Shown here: positions 62,956 to 64,000 of the stretch, piece after piece | Layout: each line of letters opens with the position of its first letter | How positions within the stretch are numbered: position 1 is the first letter of the stretch | NCBI GenBank assembly: GCA_903866355.1 | Contig: CAIPNE010000714.1 | Location: forward strand, 64,825 to 128,824 | Source of the DNA: an uncultured Gammaproteobacteria bacterium | GTDB lineage: Bacteria; Pseudomonadota; Gammaproteobacteria; Ga0077536 | DNA: 64,000 nucleotides | Direction of reading: 5' to 3' | Notes under the pieces: generated by a model | What the model was told of the DNA's origin: nothing | Seen by the model: the letters and a program-made list of their open reading frames with translations, nothing else | Database searches by the model: none | Position numbers and translations under genes: made by a program

Positions 62956-63392
62956 TCGTCAGTAGGTACGACGGCCCGGTAGTAGCCCTTACCGATCCGG
63001 ACGGCGTACCCCATCTTGACGAGGGTGGCGCACCGGGCCGACGCTGCGGTACTGGACAGCCTGAACCGATGAGCCAGACCGCTGAGGGCGATTCCCCGCA
63101 CCCGATCATTTCGGCGCAGATACAGCCACGTCTCTAGCTGCTCGCGGGTTTGAAGGCGAGCCGCAATCCGCTCATCTTCACTGAAGTTGTTGCTGGCCGG
63201 AACGATGAGATCTTCCGCAGGCAACTCGTCGTCGTCGTCGGAAGCGAACATCAGCAGCGTGCGAGCAGTATCCGCAGTCTGCGTCCCGTTGCGCATCTGC
63301 TGAGCCAGCAGGAGGGCCTGCCCAACATCTGTTGGGTTGTGTGCGTCGATATCGAAGCTGATTTCTCCGTTGGAGGTAATCGTTATCTTCAT
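62952..63392 (-). CDS. Hypothetical protein with a C-terminal winged-helix-like segment (possible DNA-binding regulator)
   Basis: 146 aa. GAAGGAGAAAACACC precedes the ATG. The C-terminus reads ...LSGLAHRFRLSSTAASARCATLVKMGYAVRIGKGYYRAV. It overlaps nrdH convergently by 4 nt at a shared CTAG. Confidence 0.5.
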   Translation of the reverse strand: MKITITSNGEISFDIDAHNPTDVGQALLLAQQMRNGTQTADTARTLLMFASDDDDELPAEDLIVPASNNFSEDERIAARLQTREQLETWLYLRRNDRVRGIALSGLAHRFRLSSTAASARCATLVKMGYAVRIGKGYYRAVVPTDD

Positions 63393-63428
63393 CCTGGTGT
63401 TTTCTCCTTCGGCAGAGGATGACTCTTC

Positions 63429-63455
63429 ATTTATACCACTTGTGTTGAGTGTAAT
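63429..63455 (-). promoter_or_regulatory. Sigma-70-like promoter candidate in an AT-rich patch upstream of the 146-aa gene
   Basis: On the minus sense, TTACAC...TATAAAT lies about 40 nt upstream of the RBS. The region is locally AT-rich in otherwise GC-rich DNA. The -35/-10 spacing of about 13 nt is short, so only the -10 is convincing. Confidence 0.35.
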
Positions 63456-63465
63456 TGGCTCTGTC

Positions 63466-63719
63466 TCAGCACGGAGTTTCGTAGTCGTAGTCGGTTGGCA
63501 TCAGCCGTCCGACGTTGTCCATGCAAGCCTGGTAGCAGTTACGGTAGCTGGATGATCCAAAGCCCACCGACTCGCAGTGCTGGAAGCTGCCGTCAGCCTG
63601 AGGCAGAGTGTCACAGAATCCCCCGAAGGGCGACTGCCAACACTGACCTGGCACGGCAGAAGCCTGGGGAGCCAGACACAACCCGACTGCCGCTAACGCA
63701 GCACAAAGTAAACGAAACA
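63466..63719 (-). CDS. Small secreted cysteine-rich peptide (signal peptide plus about 62-aa mature region with 6 Cys)
   Basis: The track ORF extends to 63933. I prefer the ATG at 63717-63719, which follows a perfect AGGAGAAAA RBS. The product is MFRLLCAALAAVGLCLAPQASA|VPGQCWQSPFGGFCDTLPQADGSFQHCESVGFGSSSYRNCYQACMDNVGRLMPTDYDYETPC. Confidence 0.5.
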
Positions 63720-63754
63720 TTTTTCTCCTTCCCAAACCGGCGGGTGCCGGAAGC

Positions 63755-63988
63755 TCAGTAATCTCCTTGCCAGTCCTCCCCGGCTTCATTGCGCATCTTG
63801 ATGTACTCCTGAAGGGCTTCGGTAATCCCTTCGGGGGTGAGGCCCAAGGAGGGGGCACCATCAAGCTCACGTTTTTGGCGCAGGCGTTCGCCCAACTCCC
63901 TGACCAGTTCTTCCTGGCGTGGAGTGAACACAACCTTGGTGCCCTTCAGCAGTTCGGGGTTCTGCTCAGCTTGCTTTCGGATCTTCAC
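63755..63988 (-). CDS. Hypothetical charged/helical small protein
   Basis: 77-aa ORF with a GTG start after GGGAG. It lies close to the window edge. Confidence 0.4.
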   Translation of the reverse strand: MKIRKQAEQNPELLKGTKVVFTPRQEELVRELGERLRQKRELDGAPSLGLTPEGITEALQEYIKMRNEAGEDWQGDY

Positions 63989-64000
63989 GGCGACTCCCTT

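Noticed and set aside
1-64000. tRNA, rRNA or integrase/attachment sites
   Set aside because: The intergenic spaces are too short (mostly under 80 nt) to hold tRNAs. No tyrosine or serine recombinase motifs were seen.

Overview
This 64-kb window is GC-rich DNA with strong GC3 codon bias, and almost all of it is coded on the minus strand as one tightly packed block. Many gene junctions are ATGA or TAAATG stop/start overlaps. By gene order and motifs it reads as the virion structural region of a contractile-tailed (myovirus-type) phage or prophage.

Reading in the direction of transcription, from 62.5 kb down to 1:
- A divergent control region at 62537-62709.
- Large unknown, Cys-rich and membrane proteins.
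- An 800-aa portal-like protein.
- A 1485-aa protein with SWIM-type zinc-finger and LysM motifs and a proline-rich region.
- A 1318-aa protein whose N-terminus looks like an HK97-type prohead serine protease.
- A small decoration- or scaffold-like gene, then the major capsid protein, followed by inverted-repeat terminators.
- An about 11-kb module of fibre- and lectin-like genes: collagen-like, glycine-rich, four tandem LamG-like domains (concanavalin-A-like lectin fold), discoidin-like, and a 964-aa repetitive protein.
- Neck genes.
- Tail sheath and tail tube.
- Tail-assembly chaperones joined by a textbook -1 programmed frameshift (GGGAAAA slippery site plus a 12-bp stem).
- Tape-measure protein.
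- A baseplate hub lysin with lysozyme-like and NlpC/P60 domains.
- A spike-like protein, a 12-repeat fibre protein, an IPT/TIG-like (Ig-fold) repeat protein and a Baseplate_J-like protein.
- A giant distal tail gene of more than 1,700 codons that runs off the left edge of the window. It is absent from the ORF track, and its N-terminal region carries a cutinase/lysin-B-like GYSQG esterase motif.

The right end holds the only convincing plus-strand gene, an NrdH-like glutaredoxin. Next to it are a winged-helix-like protein, a promoter-like AT-rich patch, and a small secreted cysteine-rich peptide gene.

No rRNA, tRNA, CRISPR array, integrase, terminase or transposase is recognisable. Several motifs point to an actinobacterial (mycolata-type) host, but that is inference only.

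All functional calls come from reading motifs by eye and have not been checked against any database.
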